DNA of 63,771 nucleotides, counting the filler, from Parasitella parasitica NRRL 2501 (lineage: Eukaryota > Fungi > Mucoromycota): NCBI GenBank assembly GCA_025201805.1. It is 10 parts of 9 records of this genome, joined end to end, with 100 filler letters (N's around TTAATTAATTAA, not from the genome) between each part and the next. Parts side by side here need not be neighbours in the genome. Positions count along the whole stretch, not along the records: positions 1 to 30,466 come from MU619285.1; positions 30,567 to 35,074 come from MU619458.1; positions 35,175 to 41,158 come from MU619271.1; 7 more parts are not named here. One strand, written 5' to 3'. Positions 24,800-36,870 of the stretch are shown here, in pieces. Both the position numbers and the translations under genes were made by a program. The notes beneath the pieces were generated by a model. The model had not been told where the DNA came from, made no database searches, and was given only the letters and a program-made list of their open reading frames with translations. Each line of letters opens with the position of its first letter. Positions within the stretch are counted from its first letter, which is position 1.

Positions 24800-27200
24800 T
24801 TTGTAAAAAGCGGATCGGGCAAGCAATCACAAGTGTCAATAACAATGTGGCTCATATATCCAGCACTTAGAGAAACAAACGTACATTCTTTTTCCTATAA
24901 TTTAATCAGAGTCATTTCCAGCTGTAGAAGGTATGAAAGGTGCAAGAGACTAGTAGAAAATTCAAGAGTCAAGGAGAAATATAGTAGGATCAATTTTTTG
25001 ATCTGGGCTGTAAAAAATGCGTTGTTCAGCCGACTTCGTGGAGAAGACGCACTACACTCAACTTTTTCTTCCCGTCTATGATTATGGAACATTTTACAAA
25101 TTCTCTTTGGTCGGGCCAGTCTAAGTTCCTTGTAGCTTCGTCTCTGGTGGCCAAACCCGAACAGCCCTTCCTTAATCGAATGAGCCAGCGATGGCTTTCA
25201 CTTCTCAGGACGTTGTTCATTTACCTATCTTCTGCCTATTCTCTTTCCTTTTTTTTTAGTTTTTGTTTGTGCATTCTCTTTGGTTAGGCAAGTATAAGCT
25301 ATCTGCTATGCAGTCTCTTCTCTGGCGGCCATTGTGAGTTTCACCTAGTTTGACTTCCTCTTCACTATCATCTTTGGAATCAAGTCTTGTACCTTCACGC
25401 GGTGGTTCTGTTAATCGAAGCATATTCGAGACTAAGCAAGACATTTATTTTATCTTCTCCACTATCGGCTGCACCTAAAACTTACATTGTGTATAATACC
25501 TCTAGCTGTGATCTTTTGTGTCGGGATGTATTACAGAAAGATTTCATGAAGGATGGTATGTATCAGTAAAGGATAGCAACAATAACGAACAATGGTTAGA
25601 AAACTTCATTTGAAGTGACACTACTGTTTATAAATTAGTCGTGATAGGCATAGAATTACACGGTGGTTATAGCGTGTGCGCTAGCTTAGAGGGACTGGTG
25701 ATAGAAATACATGTGTAGAATCTAAAAGATGATATTTTAGTCACTTCTTGTTGAAATCCAGTTTACGTGCATGTGTTAATAAAAATTTTCCGTATATGTA
25801 CTTTACTGACAGCAATGCAATTATTACTAGTAGTTCTAGTAATCCACGGGGACTATTTGACGCTGTGATACTACCGTAAAACTTTTAATGAGAGTAGTTT
25901 GAGGGATGAGTCTTATACGAAAAACTGGAATCAATATTATCAGTGGTAATACAAGAATGAAGGAATTAGGTACGCTTGTGCACTTGGCGAGATTATTACG
26001 TGCATAAAACCTCTCCATCTTTCCACTTCCTTTGACTCATCAAATTGTTGCAGAAACGTTTAAGTTCTGACTCTGCATTCTAAATACAATATAATTACAC
26101 CGTATTTTGGACGCAATTGTGGAAAAACTGACAAAGCCTGGTTTTTCATCCTGATAGTATTTCAACGAATGTGAACCTTCAAAACTATGGTTCTGCAAAG
26201 ACAGCAGAAGGAAGTCCCGCAAATAGGAGGCTCCCGCTTTGCTATGATATAATCTTGAAAGAGTCTGTGAAAACCTATTATGACTGTCCGCTGGCGTAAA
26301 GTACATAAAGTGATCTTTATACTCTTTGATGATGTTTGCGGGCAAGGCTTCTTCATCTCCGAATTTTCCTGCCCTGACCATCGTATGTATCGCCGCAGAC
26401 TCTTGTGATTCATTGATATACTTCCTCCCGTAGTGATTAAATTCATTTCGACGAATCACCGTGACATCACCATTTCCGCTGCAATACTCGTTTCATTGTT
26501 TGTTCAAATATCCTCAGATCTACTAATATTTCTCTTACGACAGTATCTCACGCAAAATATGCAGCTTTCTCTATCAGCTGACGTCCAATGGAGCGCCTTC
26601 AACCTTCTTGCTTCCCGGATTTTTCTACCAATTTTGAGAACCTGGACTCCTAACCAGAACTATGTATAATAGAGGGATCTTTCTGTGGACTCGGCATTAT
26701 TCACAAAACTGCTAAAATTCATCTTTTCAATTGCTCTCCAAATACTCAACTTGTATGACTCTCCTTTACATGACTGACTGAGACAAAATGTTTTCGATTT
26801 GGTTGCTCCACGATTACGGACAAGACTGTACATGATTTCCCGCACATACTCCTCCCACTATCGCTTTATAAGGAGCAAATTCTAGCGATTGCCATTATTT
26901 CAATCCGTCAAAATGTTTAATACCAATCAGCTCAAAGTATGCTCCCTATCCACCACTGCATGCTCAGGATTTTCTTCACTGAGGTCTTTGTAACATTAGG
27001 GGCATCTTCAAGTTCTTTACAAGTAGCATAAAACATAAGCAATTTATTTCCTCTGGTATTCCTCCTCACTTCTACTTTTCAAACTGCAGAGAACCACCTC
27101 TCGTGTCTATGTCGCCAATAGCTATGTCTCCGTCATCGGCTTCACCAGCTTCATTTATAGAAAGTGAAAAGCTCGATTTTATTTCATATGTGGCAATTAT
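24800..27200 (-). pseudogene. Degraded ORF of unknown, probably mobile, origin
   Basis: A run of short same-strand ORF fragments (26660-26845, 26040-26459, 25256-25444, 25026-25220) broken by stops and frameshifts. No recognisable motif. Confidence 0.35.
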
Positions 27201-28614
27201 TTTCTTTTGTGATTATAAAGCCTGCAACTCCCACTTTCCTCACATTTTCTCTTTGGAGTTTTTGGTTTTTATTATTGTATACTTACCAAACAATTAGAAA
27301 AACTGAGTGTATTATTTTATCTTCAATATTATATCTTATCCAAATTATGTTTTTAACTCGAATATCATCAATTACACTCAATTGTCTGGAATTTAATTTC
27401 TGTCATGCAACAAAAGTTATTTTGACATGAAAGTCAAGACACATTGTCCAATCAAGTGAAGCAATCATTTTTTATAAAAATAGTACTGTACATGGAAGCC
27501 ATTGGAAATAGGAACTTTCCAGGTAAAAGACGGTAAACGCACTATTGACAAGTTACATGTATCATGGCAGCCATCCACACCATCTACAACAACTCCTTAC
27601 TGTGGTCTTTTATATCACTATTACACACTCGCACATGACTGTCCTAATTTAAGCAATCCGCACGGTCTCTTTCACAGGTCATCACTTACTGTTTACCATG
27701 TTTATTGTTTGTATTAAACACAGGTACCACAGATTATCATGTTCATATAGCCTTGCAATATGGTGAAAAAGGTACAGGTTCTTACATGACAGGAGGGGAT
27801 GCTTTAGTGAAAATGATCAATGAAATGTACGTTTTTTTTTTTTTTCTTCCCTTTTTTTTTTTTAGGCCTCTTGGTGTTAAATATGCTGTAACGATATCTG
27901 ATAAGATGATGGTACTAAACGTTTTCATTTTCTTTCTTTCGCGTCTGCTAAATTGAATTGTGCATGCATCCACCATATAGGAGTAGCAGTAAATTAAAGT
28001 TTGTCATTGTTCGCAAAGCAATATACATGTTCCTGAATCCAAATTCATTGTATACAACACATCAATGAATACACATCTTAACCTCACTATCTTTACTAAC
28101 TATTCAGATGCAAATGTATGCGTATAAACAAAAGATGTCTATTTCGCAATCTATGACATCGTCGGATCTAGTACCTTGCCCTTTCTTGGTTCTGCCTCCC
28201 ATGTGTATAACTGATTTCTTTGCAACGGCTATTATTGTACATTTATCAGATACAAAAGATCTGCAAAATGCATACATATATATATATTGATTTATTTATG
28301 ATACTGCTCCTTTTTTTACTTTTACAAAGAGAATCTCGTCCTTACATTAGCAGCCGAGAGCCCTCCCCCACCCCCCCTCAATATTAGGGTCCAATTTGCT
28401 TCCACGCAGAATCTTGCCATTCAAAGTAAAAGTCCGGCTAATCAAGCAGACATATTCTCAAAATACCTGACAAGCACTCCCAATGTTTGGATAGATCCGC
28501 ATTAATCTATTGACACTGTTGAGCTGCAATGCACATCCTCCTCTATCACACATGTCCATATGTATATCATGTATATGCGCAAATTTCGAGCCAAACGGGC
28601 AGAGGGTATCATGG

Positions 28615-28715
28615 TTACTTTTTATTCTTTTTACCAGCACGTTCCGATAGATACATGGACAGAAAATCGCCTTGACTACCAATCTTTTTCTTGTTGTTAG
28701 AAGGCGATGCTGATG

Positions 28716-28750
<35 letters not shown>

Positions 28751-29016
28751 TTTGCCTTCTTTTTCGGCTGCTGCTTAGTGCCCACAGTTGTTGATCGAGA
28801 TTCCTCTTCGTCGTCTGAAGAAGAATCGGGTGTCTGATCTTGAGGCCGAAAACGCTTCCCAACAGGTGCAGATGCCTCGCGATGGGTAGCAGCTTTTCGG
28901 TTTTGATTTAGAATCTTGTTTTTTAGCGAAATCTCTTGTTTGGATGCCAACCCGTTATCGTTGTTGTGGCGCATGGCTTCAGCATGAGAGAGAAATTTAG
29001 CTCCAAGGCCAAGCCT
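28615..29016 (-). CDS. Last exon of a small basic protein with an RLGLGAK motif (DUF3245/Nop19-like); 5' part lost in the gap
   Basis: SRLGLGAKFLSH, an acidic SDDEEESRS patch, and a C-terminal DFLSMYLSERAGKKNKK nucleolar-type tail. Confidence 0.55.
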
Positions 29017-29368
29017 GGATCCAGGATTACATTTTTTTTTTTCTTTAATGACAAAATTACACACAAGGGCATTTACTAGATAAGAGCCCCCCCCTTTTTT
29101 TTTTTTTTTTTTTTTTNNNNNNNNNNNNNNNNNNNNNNNNNNNNNNNNNNNNNNNNNNNNNNNNNNNNNNNNNNNNNNNNNNNNNNNNNNNNNNNNNNNN
29201 NNNNNNNNNNNNNNNNNNNNNNNNNNNNNNNNNNNNNNNNNNNNNNNNNNNNNNNNNNNNNNNNNNNNNNNNNNNNNNNNNAAAAAAAAAAAAAAAAAAA
29301 AGAAAAGAATGTGGTAAAAAAAATAGAGACGTTCCAAGTGGCTTATTAAATGCTTTATTCGTTACAAC

Positions 29369-30439
29369 TTAAAGGCCTCCTAGAATGTCTGCATGATGCT
29401 TGATGTGGTCAGCAATGAAGGTGGAAATAAAAAAGTAACTATGGTCATAGCCATCCTGGCGACGAATCTTGAATTCGCTATCACGGCCCAGCTCTTTGGT
29501 GGCCTCCTCAAGTCTATCAATCAGCAGCTCTTTTTCCAAAAACCCGTCAGCAGTTCCTACATCGATGAGGATGTTCAAACGCTCGTTCAAATGCGTCTTC
29601 AGCAGCTCGACAGTATCGTATTTTTTCCAAGACTCCTTATCATCAGCACCAAGGTAGTTGGAGAAAGCCTTCTGTCCCCAAGGGCAGTTGATGGGATTGG
29701 CGATAGGCGAGAATGCCGAGGCAGTTTTGAATTGGGTTGGGTGCTTGATATGAATAGTTAATGCGCCGTGGCCGCCCTAGCCAAAATTAGTAGGTGAGTG
29801 TCTGATCTCTTGGTTCTTTATACGGTTTAGGAATAAGCTTTTACCATTGAATGGCCCATGATAGATACACGGGATTCGTCCTAAATCAACATTCCACATG
29901 TCAGCCTCCTTCCCACTCCTCTGCTTCTTCTATTTGTCTTTGGCATAAATTTCACTTACGATAGCCAATTGCTCATGTACAAGATGAGGCAATTCCTTGG
30001 CGATATAAGAGTACATGCGATAATGCTTGGACCACTTTGGCTCGGTCGCATCTAGATAGAATCCTGCACCCGTGCCGAAATCCCACGAATCGCTATCACC
30101 GTCAATGCTGACACCTCCTATACAAAGTACGCATTAATTTGAGCGCATTTCACAAAACATTTGCACAATCAAGGCGACCCTACGTGGAGATGTATCAGGA
30201 GCAATCAAGGCAACACCAAATTTGGCTGCCTCGGCCATGGCACCACTCTTTTGAATAAAGTTGTCCTCGGTACACGTCAAACCAGACAAAAAGTAAATCG
30301 CGGGCACTTTTTTTTCTGCGGCTTCCTTGGGCAAAAAGACATTGAACTTCATATCGCAAGCAAGTTCATCCGAATGGTGTTCGTATTTGACAACATGACC
30401 GCCATAACACTTGTTTCTGCTAATTTCCGTCAAAGACAT
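29369..30439 (-). CDS. ESD: S-formylglutathione hydrolase (esterase D), 4 exons
   Basis: LSGLTCTEDNF, APDTSPR|G, WDFGTGAGFYLDAT, GHSM|GGHG nucleophile motif split by an intron, SAFSPIANP, GYDHSYFFISTF..DH. Confidence 0.95.
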
Positions 30440-30466
30440 GTTGTTTTATGTGGTGGGAGGGGGGGG

Positions 30467-30566
30467 NNNNNNNNNNNNNNNNNNNNNNNNNNNNNNNNNN
30501 NNNNNNNNNNTTAATTAATTAANNNNNNNNNNNNNNNNNNNNNNNNNNNNNNNNNNNNNNNNNNNN
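30467..30566. other. Artificial scaffold spacer; TTAATTAATTAA core also at 35119, 41203, 44224, 48842, 51873, 54945, 57650 and 62459
   Basis: The identical N44-TTAATTAATTAA-N44 cassette (stops in all six frames) occurs nine times. Confidence 0.97.
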
Positions 30567-30960
30567 GAGTCTGTTGTTCAGGTTAAGTTTGGTTCTTCTG
30601 TCTTTTTCTTGTCTCTGCCTGCCTGTGCTGTTGTTTCTTTTGTTCTCTGTTTTTTCCCTTTTTCACTTGGTCTCTGCTCTCTCTTTTCCTCTTTCTTTCT
30701 TTACATTTTACATGTATTGTCTCGGTCTCTCCTTTTTTTCTCGCTTTTTTTGTGCTTTCTCTGGTTGCGTCTGTTAGTTTTGTTTGTGCTGCTGTATGCC
30801 GGTCGAGGTCTCCTCTATTGCACTGTGATCATACACGACAACTTCTCTATCAGCCTTCCTTCATCTTTTTTCCCGTACTCCTTTTTCCTGACATTAAAAC
30901 TTTTTTCAAGTTTATTCCGACGATCGACTATGCATTTCCTTTCTTGGTATCATCCCGATG
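30567..30960 (+). repeat. Pyrimidine-rich 3' segment homologous to 32480-32860
   Basis: Shared core TTTTGTTTGTGCTGCTGTATG.C.GTCGAGGT.TCCTC.ATTGCAC...TCATACAC.ACA.CTTCT. Confidence 0.75.
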
Positions 30961-31398
30961 ATACCTGAATGGATCTGACATCCTAGTTATAAACTTTTTT
31001 ATTGTAATAGATTCTCTTAGTATAGCAACCTATGATCATATCGATTAATGCATTAGATACTATTAATAAAAATTCAATCTTAAACTGAGCTACATCCCCA
31101 TCCCCACCTTTCTTTCCGCTAACCAATTTTTTGTATACATTCCATCTCAGATATATCCAAAAAATTGCCATCACTGTATACATCCATTGTCCTTACTTGA
31201 TCTATCATAGCATCCATTAAGGAAACAAACAAAATTACCGACTCCTCGTCAGTTTCGTCTTTTTCTGGTCAGAAACGGCCAGTTTCATCACTTTCACCAC
31301 CTTTTTTTGCTGTGGATTTATCTCAGCAACTAAAGTCTAAAAAGAACCCCACCACCACCAGCACCGCCGCCCGCTCCCAGCCAAATAATTTTGTTAGG

Positions 31399-32478
31399 AT
31401 GGACTCACCCTCCTCCTCATCATTTGACTTTGGCTTGACAACTCTCCCCTCTGCCTCATCTGAGGGCGATTTGAACATTTCTTCCTTTATTATAGAGGTT
31501 AGAAATCGTCTCAGTCGTCTAGAGGCAGCTCATGCCGAGATCTCTCAGCTCAGAGCTGCTCTAGCAGAATCTGAATCTGCTCGTCTTGCTCTTGAAGCAA
31601 AACTTGCGCTTGTTTCGGGTGCTACTACCCCTCCTCCAACTGTTTCTCCTTCTGCTGCTGTCGTAGCTGCTACTGCTCCTGCTGCTGCTACTGTCACTAC
31701 TGCTTCTACTTTTGCTTCTGTCGTCTCTGGCGGCAAAAAACCAAAAAAGAAACCTGCTGCTCCTCCACCTCCATCCATCACCAAGGCCGCTGCTATCGTC
31801 GGTCGTTTGTTTGGGCCCAATACAACCGGTATTCCTCAGGGATATCGGTTTGTGTATATGAAAATCTCTGTTCGTCGTCTTCTTGCTGTTCTCCGCCGTT
31901 TAATCCAGGCTCTTGGATTAAACAACTCTCGTGTCCTGGATATTCAATATCCAGTTCCAAATATTGTCTCCTTCCTCATCCACAATGAGTATGTGCTCAC
32001 CTTCACTAGTGCTATGCACAAATTCGGTCGTGGCTGCTCCCCTCTTGTTGATTTCGATCCTTGCGATCCTGTCAACTTGAAGGATCCCAAATTTGCTTCT
32101 CTGTCTCCCTCTCTTCGACTTCAAAAGGCCATTGAGATAGAAAACCGTCGTTGTCTCCGTGCGCTTTCGTTCGTTCGTCGCTCTGTTCGTCTCTCTGTTG
32201 CTCGCTCGTTTTTGCACTACGAGCAAATTACCCAGCGACAATTCGATGCTATTTTAGCTGAAGAATTGTCTCTGCGTCCTGCTGCCTCTCCTCCTTCTGC
32301 CTCACCATCCTCTGATCAAGAGCGTCTTGCCAAGAAACAACGCTTGCGTTATCTTGGTTTCCTCTTGCATCATGATGCTAGTTCCGCCAAGCTTTTGGCC
32401 TATGCTGAATCGCCTGTTCTCTCTCCTCTTTCGTCTGCTGCTGTAGATACGCCAATGCCAGAGTTTTCTGGTGTTTGA
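31399..32478 (+). CDS. LINE ORF1/gag-like protein with no ORF2 downstream
   Basis: Coiled coil (RLSRLEAAHAEISQLRAALAESESARLALEAKL), TFASVV motif, and an RRM-like block GYRFVY...RVLDIQYP...SFLIHNEY...FDPCDP. First ATG is at 31399; the frame is open from 31312. Confidence 0.65.
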   Translation: MDSPSSSSFDFGLTTLPSASSEGDLNISSFIIEVRNRLSRLEAAHAEISQLRAALAESESARLALEAKLALVSGATTPPPTVSPSAAVVAATAPAAATVTTASTFASVVSGGKKPKKKPAAPPPPSITKAAAIVGRLFGPNTTGIPQGYRFVYMKISVRRLLAVLRRLIQALGLNNSRVLDIQYPVPNIVSFLIHNEYVLTFTSAMHKFGRGCSPLVDFDPCDPVNLKDPKFASLSPSLRLQKAIEIENRRCLRALSFVRRSVRLSVARSFLHYEQITQRQFDAILAEELSLRPAASPPSASPSSDQERLAKKQRLRYLGFLLHHDASSAKLLAYAESPVLSPLSSAAVDTPMPEFSGV

Positions 32479-32996
32479 TATCTATAATCTATCTTTTTTT
32501 CTTTGCTGCTGCTCCTCGTCTCTCTCTGCTGTCTCTTGTACTATTGCCCTTTTGTGGTTTGTATTTGTCTCCTTTTTCTTCCCTCTTCTTTTTTTTGTTT
32601 CCTTTTCTTTTGGTCTGTGCTGCCGTTTTCCTTTTTTGCTTTTTTGCAAATGTCCTGTTTCTCCTTTTTTTCCCGCTTTTTTTGTGTTCATCACTGGTTG
32701 TGTGATTTCATTTTGTTTGTGCTGCTGTATGTCTGTCGAGGTTTCCTCAATTGCACAGCTCATACACCACATCTTCTTGAACTCCCTTCCTTCTCATCTG
32801 TTTTTCCCTCTTTTCTTGCCTATACATTACATTTTTTTGACAGCTGCTTTTCAAGTATAGACCCTTTTTCTGTTTTAGGACAAGTTTCATGTTCCTACAT
32901 CGAAATCAAAACTTGATCTGCAACTGTTTTTTTTTTTACCTCTTTTTTGTATGTCGCAACTCTTGGCTAGCAACAATGATCAAAAGATCGCATGCA

Positions 32997-34769
32997 TTAT
33001 AGCCTTTTATTTTTACTTTGGTATTGCTGAATGAGTGTATGTAAATTGAAGGCTTGATCGATTACTCCACGTTGTCGTCGAAACCCGCCTTGAGCGATGT
33101 CCAGAGCATGCATATTGTCTAAAAGATCAGGTAGTAACAATCTTTCTAATAATTTTCTAAATGTTGATGTTAATGATATAGGTCTATAGTTAGCTGGATT
33201 ATTAGGATCGTCTTTCTTGTATATTGGTACGACTTGAGCAGTGCGCCATGAAAGTGGAATCCAGCTATGCCTATAACAAAGATTGAGAAAAGGAGCTAAT
33301 ACTTTTGATAGTGGATAAGCGATAGGACGCAGCATTTCAGCAGTTATGTGGTCTGAACCAGGAGCTTTGCGCGATGGTAATTCTTTAAGGATACCAGAGT
33401 GAATTCGACTTGAATTAAATTTTGTAACTGTAGAGGCACTTTCAAGATATGGAAAACCTGTAGTTGAGGAACGAATGGAGGAATGAGATCCGCTAAAAAC
33501 AGTTTCAAGATGACATTTGATATCTTCTACAGCTTGTTGTGGTCCAGCAGGAGAAGTATATCGTGTGTTGTTGGATGCGGATTTAAATCGTCGCTTGATA
33601 TATCTGTTGATGTTGTTTTTGTCGGTTGTCCTGAGCTCATCACAAAATTGTTTCCACAATAAAGAACGGTGTTGTGATAATTTTTTTTTGAATTTTTGAT
33701 TGAGCTTGTCGTATTGTTTCCATAAGGCAGCAGAGCGTAGGTCGTCATGATATCGAAGTGATTTGCGCCAACGAATATGATGCGTCTTTTTTTCTTCAGC
33801 AAGATCCTCCAATTCTTGAGTCCAAAACCATTGCCAATGTTTAGGGCGCAATGATGACTTTGTAACACTAGTGTCTAAAGAAAAATAAATAGCATCATTG
33901 ATTTGTTTACCAATCTCTTCAATCTGTGTGTAAGACTGTAGAGTTTGAATATCTGTAATGGTCCGAATAATGCTTTGACTTTGTTGAGTGAATGTATCGA
34001 TGTATAGTTCATATACATCTAAATCATCTAGTCGCTTTAGTTTCCATTGAAGTCGGCATTGGTTTGGTGGTGGTAGTGGTGTAGGAGCTGTTGGTAATAA
34101 TATTGACGAGGTAACAAGTAGATGATCAGACCCAAAGGATTCGTCTGTATGTATTTTGAAATCATGCACTGGTAAATGGGCAGGAGGTGTCAGGATGAAA
34201 TCAATAATACTCGAACCGTTGGTGCTCTGATACGTTGGCTGCTTGTACGCTTCTGTTGTATTCCATAAGTGTAAGTTATTTGTTTCATACCAGTTTGTAA
34301 ATAATTCATGTCGAATGTTGGTGCGTGTATCGCCAGTAATGGGACCTAGACGAACATTGAAGTCGCCTAAAAAGATTGTGTGGTTATCAATTGTTAATGA
34401 ATGTAATATATCCTCAACCTCAGCTAATGATAATTGAGGAGGTAAATAGAGACAATGAATGGTGTAAGAGCCAATCTTGAGAGAAAGAGTGTAAGGATTT
34501 GTAAATGAGAGCTTGTGGATGGCATAACTAGAAGAAAAAGAGGGGTGAATTAAACATGATATACCTCCAAAGCCGCGAGCAGCATTGGCAGGTTGTTGAG
34601 CATAAGTGTGTTGTTGTGTCCAATGAGTCGTGAAGTCATTGCGTAGTAAATAAGTTTCGGTGATAAACATAAGTTGGATTTTTTGATTTTGTGCATATAA
34701 TAAAATTTCATCAAGCGAGCTGTTGAGGCCTGATGCGTTTAATAAACCAATTGATAGTTTATTAATCAT
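32997..34769 (-). mobile_element. Non-LTR retrotransposon ORF2 (APE endonuclease plus the N-terminal half of RT), 3'-truncated
   Basis: LNASGL, ITET, LYLPP, GDFN, SIIDF, SDH (APE); KAPGSDHITAEML, NPANYRPISLTS, QGGFR (RT). It stops before the FLD...AYD and YADD motifs. Confidence 0.92.
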
Positions 34770-34771
34770 AG

Positions 34772-35074
34772 TTATTGTAAGGTTTCGAGATCCTCATCCG
34801 ACATGAAATCTTCTTCACGAAGATTTTCATCCAGATCAGTTTCTTTTTGTGGTTGCTCGGTTGCTTGTTGTTGTTGTGCTGAAGAGTTGTTGCGTTGTGA
34901 AGGTTCAGCACGTGTTTTAAAAAAATTTGTAACAATTTCATCTGGCAGATGAAATTGGTTGTTGACTTGATTGAAATGTCGGATGATGGACGATCCAACA
35001 TGGGCGGGCTGCATGGCCAAACAAAGTCTGTGCATTCTACTATAGTAAATATTAGTAGCCATTGTTTGTTTTTG
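34772..35074 (-). CDS. C-terminus of ORF1 of the same LINE
   Basis: Open frame running out of the gap; its stop lies 2 nt before the ORF2 ATG. YYSRMHRLCLAM...SIIRHF loosely resembles ENRRCLRAL...VARSF in the 31399 protein. Confidence 0.6.
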   Translation of the reverse strand, partial: QKQTMATNIYYSRMHRLCLAMQPAHVGSSIIRHFNQVNNQFHLPDEIVTNFFKTRAEPSQRNNSSAQQQQATEQPQKETDLDENLREEDFMSDEDLETLQ

Positions 35075-35174
35075 NNNNNNNNNNNNNNNNNNNNNNNNNN
35101 NNNNNNNNNNNNNNNNNNTTAATTAATTAANNNNNNNNNNNNNNNNNNNNNNNNNNNNNNNNNNNNNNNNNNNN

Positions 35175-35370
35175 GTACACATTCAATGAAGAGCTAATTG
35201 GGGCAGCATTGTTTGTGGTGTTGGCTATCTACTGTACACATTCAATGAAGAGCTAATTGGGGCAGCATTGAATGTGGTGTTGACTATCTACGGTACACAT
35301 TCAATGAAGAGCTAATTGGGGCAGCATTGAATGTGGTGTTGACTATATACCGTACACATTCAATGAAGAC
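35175..35370. repeat. 59-bp tandem repeat, about 3.3 copies
   Basis: GTACACATTCAATGAAGAGCTAATTGGGGCAGCATTG at 35175, 35234 and 35293, with a partial copy at 35352. Confidence 0.9.
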
Positions 35371-35979
35371 GCAATTGTTATATACGGATAAACTATTGTT
35401 CAGTAATTATTCCAAGACTCAATCGGATTGAGAATAGACAGCGGGAAAGATGCTATCAAGGTACTCAGACTAAAAGACGGATAGAGATAGAAGGCCATGG
35501 AACGAATATTAAGTTACGCAGTTTGACATATATCGTTGGGGCAAGATCTTTTCCAATAGCTTAAGAGTGTCAAGTACCGAGATCGCGGATCAATAGCTTA
35601 TATCCAGTTTACTTATATATTTTTAGATTCTTTTTACGTGTCCGACATAACTGTCAAAAGTTATAAAAGCACGGACATTTTGTAAAGTCAATAAAGATAC
35701 ATTATAATTGGGACCTGTCAATTTTACAGTTTTCCTTTTTAACATTTTATTCTGAATTCAACAGCAATTTTGATTATAACGAGCTGTCTCCACCCCCCGA
35801 ACTACGGTGAAAAAATTTCAACCTTCGCTTTGCTACGGTAATTTTTTTCGACCTTTGTTCCAATGGGGGGTGCACAGCTCACGCCTGCAGCGGGCTATCC
35901 CATTTATTGCAAAGCTAGGTAAACAAAATAAACGAAATCTCATTCTACATGCGAAGTAAATGTTACAGATCCTTTTTTT

Positions 35980-36870
35980 TTAATACGATTGCTGGAAAAC
36001 TTCTTGGAAGACAACATTGTTGGTGAATCTGCCAACTTGATCTTCTATTTCTGAGATTTCGGAAGGAATCATCAACTTCAATGATCCGGGTTTTCGAACG
36101 CAAGACAAAGCTACATATAATTGACCATGACCAAAAACATGGCACGGCAAATATAAACCTACAGAGCTGAGTGTTTGGCCTTGTGCCTTGTTAATGGTCA
36201 TGCCAAATGCTAATCTTATGGGAGATTGAACCCTTCGAAAGTCAACTGGGCATAACCCTTCAGTGGCCAAGCTGATAAACTTAATTTTCGGAATTAGAGC
36301 TATATCATTTTTGTTTGGGCCAGTAGCTATGGTAGCTTCAATAACATTTGTTTTCAGCGACTTGACAATCAATCTTGTGCCATTGCAAATGACAGCGTCA
36401 GGATCAATGTTTCGACTGTAACCATTATTGGGGAGCCAATTTTCAGATCGAGTTGATAGGGTGGCAGCGAACCATTCTCTATGGTATTAAAAATCTCCAC
36501 TGGCATCTATATCTGACGTTTTTCATCTAAAGTGCGATCATGGCTAACATAGGATATTGTATGACCTGGAAGACATTGTAAGAGCAGATTGCTGATGACT
36601 TTGACATCTTTGTTCTTCGCAGTTAAGATAGCCCCTTCAACAAAATACTCAGGAAGCTTTAGTCTCCAAATTTGTAGGGTTTCTTGAACAGTTTTTGAGA
36701 GTAGTACGCAAATGCCCTTCTCGTCCACAATGGCGACATATGACAGGAGTCGTATTCGTTGAGTTGGTAGCATTATTGAGGTAAGCATCCAAATTATTAG
36801 GGTTCCTACCACAATTTCAATGAGTGGATCTGATATGTCCTTCTCTACCACACAAAGGGCAAGTGACAAT
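35980..36870 (-). pseudogene. Helitron-type Pif1 helicase C-terminal remnant (frameshifted)
   Basis: AILTAKN, CNGTRL (in a shifted frame), LIPKI, RLAFGMTINKAQGQTL, VFGHGQLYVALS, and terminal TNNVVFQEV. Confidence 0.85.

Noticed and set aside
32471-32916. Phe/Cys/Leu-rich ORFs resembling membrane proteins (also 30574-30968)
   Set aside because: They are a by-product of T/C-rich low-complexity sequence, and the frames are not conserved between the two copies.
31312-34769. ORF1 and ORF2 of a single LINE
   Set aside because: They are on opposite strands, and ORF2 has its own ORF1 tail at 34772-35074.
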